Assembly: GCA_002269645.1 (NCBI GenBank)
Contig: NIVC01003610.1
Location: 1-64,000 of the forward strand
DNA length: 64,000 bases
Reading direction: 5' to 3'
From: Macrostomum lignano
Lineage: Eukaryota
In this document: in pieces, positions 59,701 through 64,000 of the stretch
How positions within the stretch are numbered: position 1 is the stretch's first letter
How the letters are laid out: the number at the start of each line of letters is the position of its first letter
Notes under the pieces: model-generated
Seen by the model: only the letters and a program-made list of their open reading frames with translations
What the model was told of the DNA's origin: nothing
The model's database searches: none
Position numbers and translations under genes: made by a program

Positions 59701-60837
59701 CTCAATATTTTATATAGGCCCAACTGGCCACCTTGTTGCTATATAGACCATTGAAAAGTACCAAAAGCTATAAAGGAGTATGAGCCATAAGAAAATGCTC
59801 ATAAGTTTAGGAATGGTAATAGGCTAAGTACCTAGATGTGTCACCTGGTTGAGGCTAGGTAGCAACAAGAGGCCCAATGTGAGCCTGTAATAAGGGGCCA
59901 ATAACATAAAGAAGTAAAAAAACTATAGTTGTGTCATGTCCATCTGAACAGACAATTTTTTTGATTGATCATGATGAAAACCTCAATCTCACCCCAATCA
60001 TTGCAATTCCCTCATCCCAAAACCTGTTTTGTTCCTTCTCACCCCAATCCCAATAAACAGCCCCTTTAGAAACATTCAGACCTGCAGCCCATTAACTTTC
60101 TAATGAAGGCCTGTGAAGGCCAACAAAGAATAAAGATAAGAAAGATGAAAGCAGGAAAAAATGGAGTAAAAGCTCAGGGGGCCAGATGCAATGCTAGATC
60201 ATCAAGAGCCTTGGGGGCCAGATTGGAAGGCTTTTGGGGCTGGATCTGGTCCTGGGCTAGAGGTTTCTAACCCCTGGACTATTTAAAATGGGGCTGGCCA
60301 ATGGCCATGATCTATATATATTATTTATTGAATTTATTTTTATATATTTATTACTTAATAATCAATATAGAGCAGCCTATAATTTATTTAGACCTTTGAG
60401 TAATTAATTTAAATAATTACTATACTGGCAATGAAAATTTTAAGCTCAATTATTTTTTTATTAATTAATTGAATAACTAGGAATTTACCTGTATTTTAAT
60501 GTTTACAATTTTTTCCTTTCTATTTTTGGTTGATTAGGTATCAGTAACTGTAGTGAAATTGTGGTTGAGCTGACTGAGGATAGATCTGTCACCTGCTTTG
60601 CCCAATAGCAGCTTGCCAGCCAAGGTGGGTGTTAGGCGCAATTTTCACATATTGGCTGATATTGCAAATTTGCAACCAGGATAAGGTGTTAGTGTGTAAT
60701 TCTAATGCTAATATTTGTGCCAATTTAGCACCTTAGCTTTGGATGAATAACCCTGGAGGCAGGCACTATTGGCATGTTCTGGCCATGGGTAACAATGCAG
60801 TGGCGGTGGCTGAGCTGAGCTCATTGAATTGCATGCC

Positions 60838-63800
60838 ATGGCCAGTGCCAGTCTGTGCGCTGACGCCCCGGTGCTGATGGCCACCCAGCGGGCCAACAAG
60901 CACATTCTGCTGCGTCTGGACCGCGGCCGCCGCGTCCGTCTGGTCCGCGAGGTGTACCTCCGGTCTGACGTGCCCTGCTGCTCCGAGCTGTGCCGGCGGG
61001 GATGCCAGGCGCCTGCGGACGGCTGCGCCAGCCTGCCCGCCGCCCTGACTCACTACGTCCTGCCCGACTGCGCCGCTGCCCGCGCCTACTGGGAGCTGTT
61101 CGAGCTGCCCGAGGTGGAGGGCGTCCTGCTGACCCTCACCAGCCTGCACCACATCCAGGGCGCCGGCGGCAGGCGGCTGTACAACCGGGTCAAGTCGCAG
61201 CTGCGCGATCCCAGGCAGAGCACCGCCCTGTTCGACAACGAGTTCCAGGCCGAGTGCTGGCGCGACAGGCGGCCCGGCGAGTCCGAGGACCAGCACGCTG
61301 CCGGCCTGAACTGGAGCGCCGCCCGCTGGTACGCCCAGCACCTGGACTATGCGGTGAGACTGCTGCTTGCTGATGTCCGGCCCTGACCTTCAGCTGACAG
61401 AAATCCCCATGGACCTCAATCCCAGATCTTTCCTCTCTCCCAGGCCCCTTTCACTCACAGATCCCTTCCATTCACAGATCCTTTCCATTCACAGATCCCT
61501 TCCATTCACAGATCTTTTCCACTCACAGATCCCTTCCATTCACAGATCCTTTCCACTCACAGATCCCTTCCATTCACAGATCTTTTCCACTCACAGATCC
61601 CTTCCATTCACAGATCTTTTCCACTCACAGATCCCTTCCATTCACAGATCTTTTCCACTCACAGATCCCTTCTATTCACAGATCCTTTCCATTTACAGAT
61701 CCCTTCTATTCACAGATCCCTTCCATTTACAGATCCCTTCCATTCACAGATCTTTTCCACTCGCAGATCCCTTCCATTCACAGATCCCTTCCATTCACAG
61801 ATCTTTTCCACTCACAGATCCCTTCCACTCACAGATCCCTTCCATTCACAGATCTTTTCCACTCACAGATCCCTTCCGTTCACAGATCCCTTCCATTCAC
61901 AGATCCCTTCCACTCACAGATCCCCTCCGCTCACAGATACCTTCCATTCACAGATCCCTTCCACTCACAGATCCCTTCCGTTCACAGATCCCTTCCATTC
62001 ACAGATCCCTTCCACTCACAGATCCCCTCCGCTCACAGATGCCTTCCACTCACAGATCCCCTCCGCCCACAGATGCCTTCCACTCACAGATCCCCTCCGC
62101 TCACAGATACCTTCCATTCACAGATCCCTTCAGCTGCAGACTCCCACACCAACAGATCCCCTCCGCATACAAATCCTTTCACCCACGGATATTTTCCGTT
62201 CACTGATCCCTTCCAGTCACAAAACCCCTCACTCACGGATTCCCAGGCCTAGGCCCTCAGAAGAAATCCCGTTTAATCCTCACGTGCCAGATCCCCATCG
62301 TGCTGGTGACGGACGGGACGGTGGAGCCCTGCCAGCCCGAAGACAAGGGCGGTGTGGACGTGCTCAGCGTGGCGGACTACGTAGCCCGTTTCCATGGCGA
62401 CAAGCCGCAGGTGACGCAGATCTTTGAGTCGCTGCGCGCCTCACTGGCAGCGGCAGAGGCCGCCAGCAGCGCGGAGGGCAGCGCCGGGGAATCGACGCGC
62501 GGTGACTACCCGGAGCACCTGTCTGCCGAGAGCCTGAAGGCCGGCGTGAAGTCCGGCCAGTTTCTGCAGGGCTGCCTGCACGTCAGCCGCAAGTCCGGCC
62601 AGGACACCGCTGTGGTTTCGCTGAGCGGCGGCGCGCAGATGCTTGAGTTGAAGGCCTCCAGGTCTGTGCTTCCCCTGTTCGTCTCCGGGGAACTCGGAGA
62701 GAACTCCCCATTCAGCTGGTTGGATTCCCTGATTTTCACTCGGATATCCTTTGGTCTCTATTCGATCTTAGTGAGCAGTAACCCTGATCCCTGACCGGCA
62801 ACCAGAAATCCCTGACCAGCAACCAGAATCCCTGACCAGCAACCAGAATTCCCTAACAGCAACCAGAAATCCCTGACCAGCAACCAGAAATCTCTGATGG
62901 GCACCCAGAAATCCCTGCCCAGCAACCAGAAATCCCTGACCAGCAACCAGAATCCCTGATCGGCAACCAGGAATCTCTGATCAGCAACCAGGAATCCCTG
63001 ACCAGCAACCAGAAATCCCTGACCAGCAACCAGAAATCCCTGATCAGCAACCAGGAATCCCTGAACAGCAACCAGAAATCCCTGACCAGCAGCCAGAAAT
63101 CCCTGACCAGCAACCAGGAATCTCTGACCAGCAGCCAGAAATCCCTGACCAGCAACCAGGAATCTCTGACCAGCAACCAGAAATCTCTGATCGGCACCAG
63201 AAATCCTGACCAGAAACCAGGAATCCCTGACCAGCAACCAGAAATCCCTGACCAGCAACCAGAAATCCCTGACCAGCAACCAGGAATCCCTGAACCAGCA
63301 ACCAGAAATCTCTGACCAGCAACCAGGAATCCCTGACCAGCAACCAGAATCCCTGACCAGCAACCAGAAATCCCTGACCAGCAACCAGAAATCCCTGACC
63401 AGCAACCAGAAATCCCTGACCAGCAACCAGAAATCCCTGACCAGCAACCAGAAATCCCTGACCAGCAACCAGAAATCCCTGATCGATTCCCAATCCCAGA
63501 GGCGAGATCCTGATCGTCGGGCAGCGCGACCGGAACCGGGCGGTGCACGGCGACATTGTGTGCGTCCAGCTGCTGCCCAAGGCCTCCTGGGCCCAGCCAG
63601 TCGAAGGCGAGCAGCAGACGGCGGACTCGGCCGCCGCCCCCACCGGCCGCGTGGTGGGCATCGCGCAGCGCAACTGGCGCGACTACGTGTGCTCGGTGGA
63701 GCCCGCCGCTGACGGCTCCAGCAAGGACTCCGGCGCGTCCAAACGAATCCTCGCTGTGCCCTGGGACCGCCGCGTGCCCAAGATCCGCATAGCAACCAGC

Positions 63801-64000
63801 CAGGCTGCCGCTCTGGCCAGCCAGAGGTTCGTGGTTCGAATCGACGCCTGGCCGGCGGACAGCCAATACCCGAACGGCCACTTCGTGCGGCCGCTGGGCG
63901 CCGTGGGCCACCTGGAGACGGAGACTCAGGCGCTGCTGATTGAGCACGGCCTGGCTGTCCGGGAGTTCTCGGCCAAGCAGCTGGCCGAGCTGCCTGCGGT
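60838..64000 (+). CDS. DIS3L: DIS3-like exoribonuclease 1 (RNase II/R family), 5' part; continues beyond the window
   Basis: Exons: 60838-61353, 62291-62661, 63500 to the window end, with compatible phases. The translation matches DIS3L: LLRLDRGRRVRLVREVYLRSDVPC, THYVLPD, GGRRLYNRVK, FDNEFQ, YPEHL...GVKSG, RNRAVHGDIV, PTGRVVGI.QRNWRDYV, PWDRRVPKIRI, YPNGHFVR.LG. Confidence 0.93.
61440..62230. repeat. Degenerate 17-bp minisatellite filling DIS3L intron 1
   Basis: Unit CACAGATCCCTTCCATT with variants; it produces the spurious ORF 61367-62206. Confidence 0.9.
62785..63485. repeat. Degenerate 20-21-bp minisatellite filling DIS3L intron 2
   Basis: Unit CAACCAGAAATCCCTGACCAG with variants; it produces the repetitive minus-strand ORFs. 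Confidence 0.9.

Noticed and set aside
60838-61353. DIS3L PIN domain lacking the acidic catalytic residues seen in DIS3
   Set aside because: A catalytically degenerate PIN domain is the established state of DIS3L, so this is not novel.

Overview
This is eukaryotic (invertebrate-type) genomic DNA with GC-rich exons, mostly short GT-AG introns, many single-locus minisatellites and AT-rich transposon debris. The style suggests a free-living flatworm such as Macrostomum, but that is an unverified inference. The window is dominated by a tandem array of five co-oriented, 13-exon, highly divergent ionotropic glutamate receptor (iGluR)-like genes (12.1-51.5 kb, + strand). They keep the ATD-S1-M1-M2(QQG)-M3-S2-M4 architecture but share three changes: a rewritten channel-gate motif (xYTGDLT[A/S]KL in place of SYTANLAAFL), a binding pocket unlikely to suit glutamate, and an invariant LD[F/M]PG[F/Y] C-terminus. 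Paralogues are near-identical across N-terminal-domain exons, and the identity stops repeatedly at the end of exon 7, where the ligand-binding domain begins. Also present are a kinase-less BAMBI-like TGF-beta pseudoreceptor gene (6110-10341, +), a secreted fibrinogen-related protein with two copies of an unrecognised ~130-aa domain inside the array (41643-44227, -), an invertebrate claudin-like gene (53643-54424, -), and the 5' part of DIS3L (60838 to the window end, +). Repeats include three tRNA-headed SINE copies, degraded DIRS/LINE/Gypsy fragments, a 158-bp hairpin and two near CpG-free blocks. Three genes show 1-2 nt deletions that may be assembly errors. No CRISPR array, rRNA or genuine tRNA gene was found. 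Exon coordinates were read by hand from splice signals and paralogue comparison; identity percentages are visual estimates.
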